Assembly: GCF_001194135.2 (NCBI RefSeq)
Contig: NC_068998.1
Location: 21,045,450-21,107,443, forward strand
DNA: 61,994 nucleotides
Direction of reading: 5' to 3'
Source: Octopus bimaculoides
Taxonomy: Eukaryota
Position 1 is the first letter of the stretch. Each line of letters starts with the position of its first letter. Both the position numbers and the translations under genes were made by a program. Of this stretch, positions 1 to 13,312 are shown one piece after another. The notes below the pieces were generated by a model that was not told the DNA's origin, did not search any database, and was given only the letters and a program-made list of their open reading frames with translations.

Positions 1-422
1 TGTATTCTTCTCTGCCTGTTTCTTTGTCGCTGTGTCTATGTATTTTAAAAGCGACTACACAAAAAATGTATATTTTGCAGAGCATATTTCTTTTTTTCGA
101 ATCTGGTGATTCACTTAGAGGCTAAACAGGGTGCACCGCGCACGCACACAGATATACACGCATGCGCACACATACACACATATATACGCACACGCGCGCA
201 CACATCTCCTCCCCTCACTTTTTCTGTTTCACATTTAACATGAACGAATCTAAATACTACACTAAATCGCTACCCTTTTGTTTTCGATCGAGATAATCTG
301 CTCCACAGTACATAGGAATGATTTGTGGAACAACTCTAAAGGAATTCATAACACGACGAAACAAATGTTAGTTGCATTTGGTCACACTAGGTAGTGTGTG
401 ACCAAGAAATGTTTTTCATTCC

Positions 423-640
423 AAATTAAAACAACTGAATTTCAAATTAAAATAAACGAATTTAATATTACAATAAATGAATCTCGAATTAAAACAATTG
501 AACTATGATTTAAATTATATGAACTTAATTCAAATCAGATGAACTTTTATTTGAAACAAATGAATACCCATTTATAATATATGAAATTCATATTAAAATA
601 ACTAACGCGGGATTAAAAAAAATTACGTTTGATTTAAATC
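423..640. repeat. Degenerate ~21-bp minisatellite (about 10 units)
   Basis: Units such as aattaaaacaactgaatttca / aattaaaataaacgaatttaa / aattaaaacaattgaactatg, with GAA recurring about every 21 nt. Confidence 0.6.
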
Positions 641-1049
641 AAATTTTGTATCGCTTCAGCAATATTTATACTAGAATTGGAAGGATACAGAGAAGTTTTG
701 GAACATTTTGTTTAAAGTCATGATATTTCCAGATACAGTCAAGATTTCCTACAAGAGGAAATAATATTGCACGTCCTTTCATGTATCGTAATACATATTA
801 TTGTATAAATAAAAGAATAAAGGATAATGAAGTAATGTACAGCTTGTATGTCAATACACATTGTTATACAGAAGAAAACAATACTTGCATGAAAAGAATG
901 AATTTTTTTTCTCCCATGTTATTACGGAAAGAAACAACAAGCAAAGAATGATGGTCATTTCTTTTGCTTGTACATAAAAGTACATGAAAAAAATAATTCA
1001 GTTATCACCTAATTGTAAATACTGTAGCCGCGTCACACCAACAATATGC

Positions 1050-2150
1050 TTTTGGACGTGGCGGCAAGTTCACAGATGCAAAACTGGTATGATGGTTGAA
1101 ATGGCATTAGCAATTGAGAATTCTAGGTATTGCATTCGATACTCTTTCTCTGTCATACCAACTGCTGGAGTATTTATCACAGAAGCAAAATTATGGTCCA
1201 GAAAGCTCTTCATAGCAGCTTTCACGATGCTCCAACACCCTTCTATGGGGTTTAGTGGACAACTATATGTGCTTCCACGCAATATATCGACCCCGTAGAA
1301 TTCTTCCTCCGCAACAACGCTTTCAAGGCCAGCATAAAAGGGTACATTATCACAATGTAGTAAAAAAAGGGTACTTTATCACAATGTAGTCAAGTGAATC
1401 AGTAATTGGGTGGAGCATCGGACTATTCGTGGCTGCCATTCCTGATAATCTTCCTTCTTCTAGCTTGCCCTTCAGCGTTCCCAATAAACGATACCAGGCT
1501 GTGAAACTCCACCATGTATATAAATGTTTTTTGTCCTTTATTTGTAGAACTTTTCCTCATGCAGCTAACCCACCCTGAGATTGTCGTAGGAAAGAATTAA
1601 AATTTGTTTCGTCACTATAGACTACTATAATTTTCCCACGTTGAATCCTTTGCATTAATTTCTCCAAATGTTCCTTCCTTTTCTTAATTTGCTTTGAAAG
1701 TCACTGAGACGGGTTGTGGGAGTACGCTTTTCACTGTGTATAACTGACCGTCCAGATGTCTATGTACTGGGCTCATGCTCGCAGTGATGCCAACCTCATT
1801 AGCAAACTTGGTAGCAATCTCCTTCAGTGTAATAATTGGGTTTTCCAACACATATTGTTTTATCTTGTCAATGTGGTCTTGGCGAACTTTTGTCTCACGA
1901 AAACCAACACGCTCAACAGCTCAAATTATTCCCTCACAGACAGTAGAAATAACAATAAAGTTAGCTGCTGCAACAACTTTCCAATAAGCATCATTCTCAG
2001 CTGCTGCTTTCATTCTTACTTAGCTTCAAAAGTTGCGACAGTTTTGGAGTCTTTACCCCGCTTCCTATCATACTTCATCTTCTTTCGCTTCAATATGGGT
2101 TTTTAAATGTAAGCATGAATATCATCTTCCTCTGAGCTATATTCATTTGC
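1050..2150 (-). mobile_element. Decayed IS630-Tc1-mariner superfamily transposase (DD35E spacing)
   Basis: Minus-strand translation across frameshifts: VYSDETNFN (D at 1611-1613), HCDNVP (D at 1349-1351), YSCPLNPIEGCWSIVK (E at 1241-1243). An upstream HTH-like segment reads ENPIITLKEIATKF...VHRHLDGQLYTVK. Stops and a 29-bp tandem duplication (1336-1390) disrupt it. No TIRs found. Confidence 0.85.
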
Positions 2151-4274
2151 ACGTAAAGTCATACTATTACTGGTATTTGAAACCATGTAATTAAGCGATG
2201 TGCAACCACTATAATATTAAGTAGCTCAAAACGACCAATATTCAACACATTACCAAACTGTAGTCGATCAGGTGGTGGTGTTAAAGAAGGCTAATAATTA
2301 GGTCTGTCACTTCAAAATATGTACAGTTCATCCGATTGGCTTCCATACAGTTTCTGTCAACATCAGGTTCACCAACAAGGCTATAAGTGGATTCGAAACA
2401 AAATGGCGAAACAAAATGGGCGATCGGAATTCCTAACCGCAAGAATGTGCTTGTTTATGACTTTTGCAGTTCTATAGGAAAACGAGGCAGAAGCTGCGAA
2501 GAAATTTAAATATTCGTTCACAATCTTACATAGAATTATTAGAAATATAAAATACAATTGTCTACTGTGAAAAGAAAGGAAGAACCCAATACTGAAGATT
2601 TCGGTTTCGGTATGTTAACAGGTAACGTTTGTTTGAAATGAAATACTTACTTTCCTGACTCAATCGGCTAACTCGACTGAATCCACGAAATAGCTCTGCT
2701 TTCAATTTTAATGGTTTATGATGTATGTTGTGAATATTTTGTATGAACTATATTATTATCATTAATCTCTTAAATATTTTAGTTTAAATTGTACTTCTGT
2801 CCAATAATTTGTAAATCATTTATCTGCTTTATTTCGAGCAACGGTTCTCAGAATGCCTGAATCTATTTCATATTTCCCTCAAGCACACCCCGAGGGGAAG
2901 TTTCGAAGCCATTGGAACGGAATAACTATAATTTCTATTAATATAATTGGATTCAACAAGATTTTAATTTCTCTAGTTCCATGTTTATGTCCTCTCAGGA
3001 ATAATTTAATTGCAGGGAAATAGTAAACGATACAGGCTAAAATTAACCAATTGTGTCCCCGCAATAAAAGCTGTATGACTATCATATGTATGTATGTATG
3101 TGAGTGTGCTTGCGTGCTTGCATGTGTGTGTGTGTGCGCACACAAGTAAATGAAGTATCAAAGAACATCATAACGCGAGTTATGTATATCTCATGGGATA
3201 TTATTACAAGAAATTTCCATGGATTTCTCGTTTGAAGCGACCAAGACACGAAGTCTATTTTCAACAGGAATAATACAAATCACATATAACAGATATTATA
3301 AAAAGCGTTGATTTTAGCTTCATGTATTATTCAACAAAACATTGAATTTGAAATGAGCTAAACTTTTAAAGAGAACAACATTAAAGATTGTTTATTCGGT
3401 AAGCCTCAGAGACGGAAGAGAACGAATATTAAAGCTAAAGAATCTGCAAAATGATTAAGAGAAATCCAACGTAAAATTAATGTTATCCTTATTTTATCGC
3501 AGATGGTTTCCTCTCATGAATGCATATTGTAAATATGGGTGGATTGGTGCAACAAATATACATACATCAAAGAACGGAAGAATAAAGTTTTAATCAATTC
3601 ATCTATAAGTTTCATAGTAATCAGTTAGTCAATAAATAAACCAAAGCAAATAAAAACACTTTCTCCTTCCACCTTTCCCTCTGACTGTCTTCCCCCTCTC
3701 GCTGTAAGTCTGTCTCTTTCTCTCTCTCTCTCTCTCTCCTTCTCTGTCTCTTTAACCTATGGCGTCATTGACTTATCCATGATTTGATATTTCACGCTGG
3801 TTTGAAACATACGAGGATAGGAGGGAAAGATGAATGGGGTATCGTATGATCAGCAAAATCTGAGGGAGTGTCGTTGCTGTGTGAATCGATAGTAAGCCTG
3901 CTTACTAACCAATGAATGACTGCTTCATATTTCATCATTTGCGCAGTTTTCTGATGTTGTCATCGACATTTAACTCCTAACTTACTTAGTTTACTGGTTC
4001 ACTTATTTATATATTTGTTTATGCTTTTTATAACGCAATCGATGAGAAATAACGTTGTTGCTTACAAGTGATTTGCCCAAACGGACGAATCACTACAGAC
4101 AATAAAACGAAAACAAAACACATCACTTGGAAGTTTGAAAAGTACCGGTTTTCTTTGGCCGATATTTATATCCTTCGCTGACACACATTGGCGAAAAATA
4201 TGTATTTACATGCACACATACAAGATACGCACATGTAAATATACTTAGCATCGACGTATATATCCTCTTATCGT

Positions 4275-4393
4275 TTTATTTATTTTAGTGATTAGACTGC
4301 GGCCACTCTGGGGTACCACCTTGAAGAATTTTTAGTTGAACAAAACTATCCCAGTACTAATTATTTTTAAAGCCTGGTATTCATTCTGTCGGT
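4275..4393 (-). mobile_element. SINE family A 3' tail fragment
   Basis: Reverse complement of the tail consensus seen at 24640-24838; runs into an N-gap. Confidence 0.7.
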
Positions 4394-5336
4394 NNNNNNN
4401 NNNNNNNNNNNNNNNNNNNNNNNNNNNNNNNNNNNNNNNNNNNNNNNNNNNNNNNNNNNNNNNNNNNNNNNNNNNNNNNNNNNNNNNNNNNNNNNNNNNN
4501 NNNNNNNNNNNNNNNNNNNNNNNNNNNNNNNNNNNNNNNNNNNNNNNNNNNNNNNNNNNNNNNNNNNNNNNNNNNNNNNNNNNNNNNNNNNNNNNNNNNN
4601 NNNNNNNNNNNNNNNNNNNNNNNNNNNNNNNNNNNNNNNNNNNNNNNNNNNNNNNNNNNNNNNNNNNNNNNNNNNNNNNNNNNNNNNNNNNNNNNNNNNN
4701 NNNNNNNNNNNNNNNNNNNNNNNNNNNNNNNNNNNNNNNNNNNNNNNNNNNNNNNNNNNNNNNNNNNNNNNNNNNNNNNNNNNNNNNNNNNNNNNNNNNN
4801 NNNNNNNNNNNNNNNNNNNNNNNNNNNNNNNNNNNNNNNNNNNNNNNNNNNNNNNNNNNNNNNNNNNNNNNNNNNNNNNNNNNNNNNNNNNNNNNNNNNN
4901 NNNNNNNNNNNNNNNNNNNNNNNNNNNNNNNNNNNNNNNNNNNNNNNNNNNNNNNNNNNNNNNNNNNNNNNNNNNNNNNNNNNNNNNNNNNNNNNNNNNN
5001 NNNNNNNNNNNNNNNNNNNNNNNNNNNNNNNNNNNNNNNNNNNNNNNNNNNNNNNNNNNNNNNNNNNNNNNNNNNNNNNNNNNNNNNNNNNNNNNNNNNN
5101 NNNNNNNNNNNNNNNNNNNNNNNNNNNNNNNNNNNNNNNNNNNNNNNNNNNNNNNNNNNNNNNNNNNNNNNNNNNNNNNNNNNNNNNNNNNNNNNNNNNN
5201 NNNNNNNNNNNNNNNNNNNNNNNNNNNNNNNNNNNNNNNNNNNNNNNNNNNNNNNNNNNNNNNNNNNNNNNNNNNNNNNNNNNNNNNNNNNNNNNNNNNN
5301 NNNNNNNNNNNNNNNNNNNNNNNNNNNAAAACGGAG

Positions 5337-5382
<46 letters not shown>

Positions 5383-6309
5383 ATGCGCGCGCACGCGTAT
5401 GCTCCTTATGGATTCGAAAATTGAGTTGCCGATTTTGACGTATGTGGCATCAAAGGATTCAGTAATCTTTCGGCTACCAAATAGAGTATGTTTTTTGCAC
5501 AACAACTCTTTTTTACTACAAAGATAACCTCGAAAACGTGGCTGAGTCGCTCAATTTTGTGGTCTTTAGCTAAGGGAAGTAACTCAGCCTGAAAAATTTT
5601 TATGTTTTAGATAGAGTACAATGAGAAAATGTTTAAAATACACGGAGTTTTACCAGGGAATGAAACTTCAAAAATATACCGTCAACTTTATTAGTATTAT
5701 TTAGTAGATAATCTTTTAATGTAAAGTACTTTTGTCAGTGTTTTGTTTAGCCTAGAATTGCCTTTCATATATCAGACCCATCACCTACATTTTTATTCTT
5801 ATATTGTAAATCTGTGTCTTTCTTTTGATGAAAGGGTGTGTTTTAAGAGAGATTTGGCTGCTATTTGTAGTAGCTCAAGTTACCATAGAAACACCTCAGT
5901 GTGTGTGTTTGTGTTTTGTTGTGGTGAAAAAAAAAGCAACTTTTTCTCCGAAAATTTTGCACAATATTGTTTTAAGAAACCTGGACATTTTTCTTATTGC
6001 TAACCTTTCAACTTCAAATTACAATTGTAAATTGTTGGAAGTCAAGTAGACTGAGATGTACATATAGTGCTATCGTATAGAGTGGAAGTTCAATACGAAG
6101 TTTTGAACTCATTATCTTGTGGTTAGTAATTCATTACCTTAAATTTGAAGCCATTAAGTCTTTAAAAACTATTTTATTGGGTATAGTCTTTTGACTGTTT
6201 CCATGATGGGGTATCACCTTCAAAAATTTAATTGATCATACTGACCTCAGTACCGATTTCAATCTGGTATTTATTTTATGGAATGTGCGTGTTTGTGTGT
6301 GTGTGTGTG

Positions 6310-6520
6310 TGTGTGTGTTTGTCTTGTTTTTCCTCCCACCACTTGGCAGCCGGTATCGATGTGTTTATGTCCCCGCTAAGTTTCCAGTTTTGCAAAAGGG
6401 ACCGATAGTATAAGTGCTAGTACTTTGAAAATAAGGACAGAGGTCGATTATTTCGACTACAATTCTTCAAGGCAGTGCCGTAGCATGGCCGCAATCTACT
6501 TACTGAAACAAGTAAAAGAT
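6310..6520 (+). mobile_element. SINE family A 3' half
   Basis: (TG)n, then ccccg.taa...gaccgatag..taagt...gcatggccgca..ctgaaacaagtaaaaga, matching other copies. Confidence 0.8.
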
Positions 6521-7149
6521 AAAAGATAAAAAAAAAATGTCCATCGGCCGTGATTGCTATTTCTCTCTCTCCCTGTGCGTGTATATGTTTGTTCATAAAC
6601 ACATATTCGCAAGTGCTCTCTAGTCTCCGGAACGTCTTTTCCGTAATAGCATATTATTTGCAGAGACATTGGTGATTCCTTGAGATTATTTCCCTTCCTC
6701 CTTTGGAGTTGATTGCAATTGCATTTAAACGTTTGTTGACCGCCTTTCGAAACGGAAATACTTGTAATAATGCACAAATCTATTTTGTTAGGCATTTTGC
6801 AATAACACTCTTCGTTACTGTTATCCAAATACATGCCGGTCAATTTAAGTTGTTTCTCTTTCTTCATTTCTGTTACTCATGTATTCTACGCACGCCCGCG
6901 CACACACACACAGACACACACGCACACATACACAAACAGACACACAGACACAGACATACAGACACACACAAACAGACACACAGACACAGACAGACACAAA
7001 CACATACACACATACATGTCATACAAATAATATATTATATAAGAATATTATATAAACATATACATATACAAACATAAAAAAAACAGAACTATATAAACTA
7101 CTACAACTTTCACTAGAAATCAAAAGGTGACTTGGCAGCTTGTAGCATA

Positions 7150-7385
7150 TCAATGCAAATTCTGTCTGTGTAGTCGCTCGCATTCACTCTCACGGCTTCC
7201 CAATCTCAATCCAGTGGAACATCCTGGACGAAGGAAAAGGAAGGGGAAGAGAAGCCTGCACTAATACTAGTGTAGAATTGGAGCAACGTGAAACGAAGTG
7301 CTTTACTGAAGGACACAATGCATGGCTCTGTCTAAGAAAGGAACATTATGACGTAGCGTCTCACACACTCACCAGTTGGCATGCA
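7150..7385 (-). mobile_element. SINE family C, degenerate
   Basis: ggagcaacgtgaaacgaagtgctttactgaaggacacaatgc is the reverse complement of the core at ~9905-9945. Confidence 0.55.
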
Positions 7386-7435
7386 CCTTCACACACACAT
7401 TATAAAACTCATGTCCGTCCATCGATCAATCGATC

Positions 7436-8468
7436 CTTCTGGAAGAACACAATCTGCAACGTGTTTCAGCAGACGGTCCAGAAGTACCCTGCATAAAACC
7501 TTTCCTACGACAGAAAGCAATGATATTCCCCTATAGTTACCACAACCATTCCTGTTGCCTTTTCCCTTATATAAGACCACCAATACTGTATCTCTCCAGT
7601 CCTCAGGTACAGATTCACTATCCCATATACTGCCAAACAAGGAGTGAAGTTGCTGTAGAAGTTTCTCACCACCGTGCTGCAACAACTCTGCATGAATGCC
7701 ATCCATACCCGGAGACCTCCCATTATTCATCCTTGAGACAGCCACTGCGACTTCTTCCGACATAGGTGGCTCTGCAAGAGCTTCTCTCACAGGTAATTCA
7801 GGGATGCGATTGAGAACATCCTCATTAACTATAGACTGCTGATTCAAGAGTTCATCAAAGTGTTCTTGCCACCTTTGTAGAATTCCTTGTGAATCACAAA
7901 GAAGTTCTTTACCATCCCTGCTTCGAAGTGGTGTCATCAGAGAAGAAGTCGGTCCATAAACCTCTCGCAAGAGACCATATAACAGCTTTGTGTTATTGGA
8001 ATCCGATCCCGCCTGTATCTCATCAGCCTTCTTACTCCACCAGGTATCCCTCATTTAAGAGAGCCTCCGCCTCACACGTGATTTCACATCCTTGAGTTCC
8101 CTATGCGATACATTTCTCTCTTGTGGCTTTGCTGACAAATAGCGTGACAAAGTTCGTCTTTTAACAGCCAATAAATCATTTATATGTTCATCATTTTCTT
8201 TAAACCAATCTTGATGCTTTCTTTGTATCAATCCCAGAAATTTCCTGCTTATATCGTAAACTGACTTTTTGAGGGTCGACCAATCTTCCCCAAAAATCTG
8301 CAACATTCATTTCCTCTCGTAAAGTTCTCTTCACGCCATTACAACTAAGACGAGCAACATTCAGTCTTTTAGGCAGGGTAATAGCTGCAGCCCGGATTTT
8401 ACGTTTTGTGATTAATTTGACTTTTGCACGTGCCAGGCGGTGGTCAGTCCAACACTCAGCCCCACGAA
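7436..8468 (-). mobile_element. RTE-clade LINE ORF2 fragment (endonuclease end to RT start)
   Basis: Translations CWTDHRL, KHQDWFKEN, WWSKKADEIQ, RWQEHFDELLN, SPGMDGIHAELL, NYRGISLLSVVGKVLCRVLLDRL are typical of RTE ORF2. Frameshifted and truncated at both ends. Confidence 0.92.
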
Positions 8469-8704
8469 GAACATACATACATACATACATACATATATGC
8501 ATACATGCATAATCTATATGAATAAATAAGAATATCGGTGCATGTAACCGTTTGCCTTCCTGATTTATAGATAAAGAAGATAACTAAAATCCTTGTGAAC
8601 TTTGAAGTAGTATAGACCCTTACTCACCCCCAAAAAACAAAACAATGTATACTAACAAGCAAACACATATACATACACACATACATACATACATGTACGT
8701 ACAT

Positions 8705-9219
8705 GTACTTTTGTACTAATAAATGCAAAATTCTGTGTGTGTCACTGCATGACCATTTTGTTTACAGACTCAACTTTCTGGCTGTAGAGGAAAGAGTCTA
8801 CGAGCATAGACGGGCTCCTTTGAAATTATATCCTCTTCAGATATTCTATGCTAGTTTGGCTCGTCTTCTAGGCTGTAGTTTCTGTCTCGGAATTTCTGGA
8901 ACCACCATCGACACTGTCTTGCGCTTATTATCCGATCACCATGTACTGCATTAATATTCCTCGCACTTTCCGTTTCGTTGTAGCTTTTATTGAACTCATA
9001 CAGTAAAATATACTGAATATGCTCCTTTGTCACTTCCATTGTAGCCTTGAAAAATAACTGTTAACATCGAACTGCACACTTCAAACCTTGCACTAAGAAT
9101 ACGCCAAGGTAAAATTACTACTTCGTCTTATAGCAAGTTGATGCAGGTAGTTTATCCTACCCCTCCGACTTTTAGCTCATGCAATTGAAAAAACCGCATT
9201 ATTTATGGGCTGACTCAAT
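8705..9219 (-). mobile_element. Internally deleted mariner derivative
   Basis: MEVTKEHIQYILLYEF...RWWFQKFRDRNYSLEDEP is a mariner N-terminal HTH region and ends abruptly. A mariner-type TIR aaaaaaccgcattatttatgggctgactcaat lies at ~9188-9219. The opposite TIR is not recognisable. Confidence 0.85.
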
Positions 9220-9703
9220 GTAAGAGAGAAAAGTAGCTGGATATTTGTTGTAGAATTATATTTAAGTTATCGAGTTGTACTTGCATTGCAAGTGTCTTGA
9301 TCTGACATCGTGTGCTGCAACTAAAGTCATTGCAGCGTTGAAGACTGCCAGCTTCGCGTGAACATGAATTTGAAATATGATGTCAAAATTTTCATCGCCC
9401 AAAACTGCAACCTTGTCACTGACAAAAAATTTTGCTGCATATTTAAATTATACAGAAATTAGATGACAAGCAGTAAAGATAGTTAACCTTTTTTTTTTAA
9501 TTCCTTTAACTTTTTCAGTTGTTTCGGTAGCAAATCCCTCTTGGTTTAGAATATGATGCCTTCTATTATTGGTGAAATCCTTTCACTTCAGACGAAATCC
9601 ATGGAAAATGAAGTGATAATCAGTTTGTTCACATTAAAATAGATTCGTATCGAGCTCACTCACAGAGAAGAAAAGGTATTTTTTTCATGAGACAATTTAA
9701 TAT

Positions 9704-10510
9704 GCGTGGCTATGTGGTAAGAAGCTTGCTTCCCAACAACATGGTTACAGGTTCAGTCCTACTGCGTGGTACCTTGGACAAGTGTCTTCTACTATAGTCT
9801 CGGGCCAACCAAAGCCTTATGAGTGGAGACGGAAACAGAAAGTGGTTAGGGTGCTGCACTCACGATCTAGCGATCGTGATTTCAATTCCTAGACCGGGTG
9901 GTGCGTTGTGTTCTTGAGCAAAACACTTCATCTCACATTGCTCTGCAATTACTTCAACACCTGACACGTGACACACCTGTGCACCTGTTCAGACAACGTC
10001 GTTTTGATGGAGAGAGTGAGCTAATGTACGGCAGGAACATTTGATCACTATAAACAAATCATTTGTGTAGTTCATTCGGTAAGACCTGAATGCTCATATG
10101 TTGTCTTCGTCAGAAGAGTACATCATGGGTATGTATGTATGTATGTATGTATGTATGTATGTATGTATGTATGTATGTATGTGTGTGTGCATGTATGTAT
10201 GTATGTATGTATGTATACATATATATGTACAGATACGCATATATATACATACATGTGTATATACATATATATAAATAAATATACATCTATATATAAGTAT
10301 ATGTGTGTCTTTGTTAGTGTTTGTCCCCCACCACTGCTGCTAGTTTGTTTACGTCGTCCCCGTAACTTAGTGGTTCGGCAAATGACACCGATAGAATAAG
10401 TGCCAGGCTTGTACAAAAAAGACTGGGATCGATTCGTTCAACTAAAAATTCTTCAACGCAGTGCCCCAGCATGGCCGCAGTCTAATGACTGAAACAAGTA
10501 TAAGATAAAA
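9704..10510 (+). mobile_element. SINE family A interrupted by a nested family C SINE and (ATGT)n
   Basis: tRNA-like head at 9704-9841 (A-box tggctatgtgg, B-box gttcagtcc); tail at 10300-10510. Confidence 0.85.
9842..10125 (+). mobile_element. SINE family C (tRNA-like head, ttgtgttcttgagcaaaacactt core)
   Basis: Head gtggttagggtgctgcactcacg...ttcaattcctagaccggg is homologous to the head of the SINE at 56460-56800. Confidence 0.75.
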
Positions 10511-10593
10511 GTCAAACATACTTTTTAAAAGTCGAATTAGAATTGACGAACAGTAAAGCATATTCGTCATCTGAGACTGGAGCAATATCTGGT

Positions 10594-11230
10594 CAAAATA
10601 GCATTCTGTATATCGTACTTAACGTAGATGTATGCTGTAGAAGCAAGAAAAGCGCAGTATACGCCCTGAGAAAGCTTCCTGTATAGACGTATAGTACTAA
10701 AAGGCTTAGAGGAAAAGCTTTTGTAGCAACAGAATTGCTAAGTTTAAATTTCTGCTTCTTTGAGCGTCACCAATTGCAAGTATCCAACAGCAACCGCATG
10801 CTTAGACAAATCGAGCCGAACACGCAGTGTTGTGTTTTTCTGACAGTATATCCACGTTAAGTAAAATATACAGAATGCTATTTTGAGCGAATACGCTTCC
10901 ATCACTAATAACGAATTTTTACCTAGCCTGCCGGCTATTTGTGACACCAGTCAATCTCTATTTTTTCTATATCAGTAGAGGCTAAATTTGTGTAAGCGTC
11001 GGGCTGTTAGTGGATACTTGCTACTCACGATGCTCAAAGAAGCAGAAATCTGGATGTATCAATTGAACCGCCGCTACTAGATGCTTTTCAGCTTTTTAGT
11101 ACTACATACATCTATACTTTTTCAGCTTTTTAGTACTCTATACGTCTATACGATATGCTTTCCCAAGGCGAATATCACAGTTTTCTAGCTTCCTGCTGCA
11201 TCCACGTTAATTAAGATACACAGAATGGTA
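10594..11230. mobile_element. Fold-back / MITE-like element with nested inverted termini
   Basis: Arm ~10594-10818 is the degenerate reverse complement of ~10978-11230. Terminal motif caaaatagcattctgtatat is also inverted at 10866-10885. Confidence 0.75.
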
Positions 11231-11980
11231 GAGATTATATTTATTTCATTGAAATGAATATAGAAAAGTTGTACACAAGGGTATATAAAAAAAAAGCTAA
11301 CACAAGATCGGAATTGAGTGGAAATTATATATTGCCAAAGAAAAAAAAAAAAAAAAGAAAGAAAAGAAAAATGATAGAACAGTAGGTTTCAGCAAAAAGG
11401 TAGAACAGATTGAAGTTCTGACTCGACATGATCGAGTGAAATTTTAAATTGAACAAATCCCTAAAGATCAGCGATACGAAATTTCCAGAAAATTGAGTGA
11501 GGTTTTGATCTGACAAATTTTTGCATGNNNNNNNNNNNNNNNNNNNNNNNNNNNNNNNNNNNNNNNNNNNNNNNNNNNNNNNNNNNNNNNNNNNNNNNNN
11601 NNNNNNNNNNNNNNNNNNNNNNNNNNNNNNNNNNNNNNNNNNNNNNNNNNNNNNNNNNNNNNNNNNNNNNNNNNNNNNNNNNNNNNNNNNNNNNNNNNNN
11701 NNNNNNNNNNNNNNNNNNNNNNNNNNNNNNNNNNNNNNNNNNNNNNNNNNNNNNNNNNNNNNNNNNNNNNNNNNNNNNNNNNNNNNNNNNNNNNNNNNNN
11801 NNNNNNNNNNNNNNNNNNNNNNNNNNNNNNNNNNNNNNNNNNNNNNNNNNNNNNNNNNNNNNNNNNNNNNNNNNNNNNNNNNNNNNNNNNNNNNNNNNNN
11901 NNNNNNNNNNNNNNNNNNNNNNNNNNNNNNNNNNNNNNNNNNNNNNNNNNNNNNNNNNNNNNNNNNNNNNNNNNNNNNNN

Positions 11981-12054
11981 GGCTGACCAAAACCTTGTGA
12001 ATGGATTCGGGAGGTGAAAACTAAATGAAGCCCGTCGTATACATACATATGTAC

Positions 12055-12090
<36 letters not shown>

Positions 12091-12310
12091 GTGTGTAGTT
12101 TTGTGTCTGTGTTTATCTCCCACCATCGTTTGACAACCGGTGTTGATGCGTTTACGTTCCTGTTACAAGCGGCTCGGCAAAAGTGATCAATAAAATAAGT
12201 GCCAGGCCTAAAAAAAGAATTAAGTACTGGGTCGATTCGTTCGACCAAAATTCTCCAAGGCGGTTCCCCAGCATGACTGCAGTATAATGACAAAAACAAG
12301 TCAACGTTAA
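11981..12310 (+). mobile_element. SINE family A (head partly in gap)
   Basis: End of head (gaagcccgtcgtat), (TG)n spacer and full tail. Confidence 0.8.
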
Positions 12311-12779
12311 AATATTTTGTATATAGCATTTCAGCGAGAACTTTATTTATGTTAATTATTCTGTTAAACTTAATACTACATGGTTATTTAATTTTTAATA
12401 CTAAATATGGCATTTTGTCTCGATTTTATCGAGCAGATGTAATCAGGGATTTTGATATATAGTTCTGAGTTAAGCATATTAGTGTGATACATGTCTTAAC
12501 ACATTTAACGAGACAACATTCTGGAAAGGATTAACATTTTTCAGAATTTTCAATGAGATAGCAGTTAAGCTGGTGATTAATTTAATTCAATAAGAATTTT
12601 TTTATTTTTTGATTCCATAAACTAGATTTTGCGTTCGTAATTCGATTATGTCTTTTACTAAATTCGATATAATGAAACAAAAAACCGAACTTCGTAAATG
12701 TTTAAATAAACTTTAGTAGCTGTCAAAAACCGAAGACAAGAACGTGATGCAGAATGAAACCATTGAATATGTAACGATT

Positions 12780-13010
12780 AGGTTTCTTGAATTAAGTAAA
12801 GTCGTTAGGGTGAGAAGCTGCTGTTTAGTCCAGATCTGACCTGATTGAATTGATTTATGACAATTTCCAACCATGACTATCCATATTTTTAGGTGTATAT
12901 AAGATCACCATAGTGTGATGTCCCTTACAGTTTTCAGGACGGTAGAATGTTATTTGTGGGGAGATTTGTTTGCTATTTCTACCAAATCGAGTGACTAAGG
13001 CTGTCTCGTT
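12780..13010 (+). repeat. Dispersed repeat family E (unclassified; motif gatttggctgctatttctagcag.tcga)
   Basis: The same motif recurs near 5850, 33250, 42165, 42255, 42375 and 45580. Confidence 0.6.
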
Positions 13011-13312
13011 ATGAATGAAATGCCTAAACATTTTACATCAGTTATTTAAACTTACTCTGTTCTGACTATAAAGTATTATTTCGATAAATTGACACCATTT
13101 TATCGAAAACAGTTACTCGAAATACAATTGCTCGAATAAAAAATTTTCGAAGTAATAGTTGATCAAATCAAGAATTAATGAAATTATAGCGAATATTCAA
13201 AATATAAAAAATAGGTTGAAGGAAGATAATTTCCTTTTCATTAAAATATTATGCTGTATGCATGTTTACTTGTGATATGCCTATGTTTGCCATCTGAAAA
13301 CTAATGTAATTT

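Noticed and set aside
11415-11454. ACUCGA/UCGAGU hairpin followed by GAAA
   Set aside because: The CUGANGA core is incomplete and the stem I register is inconsistent.
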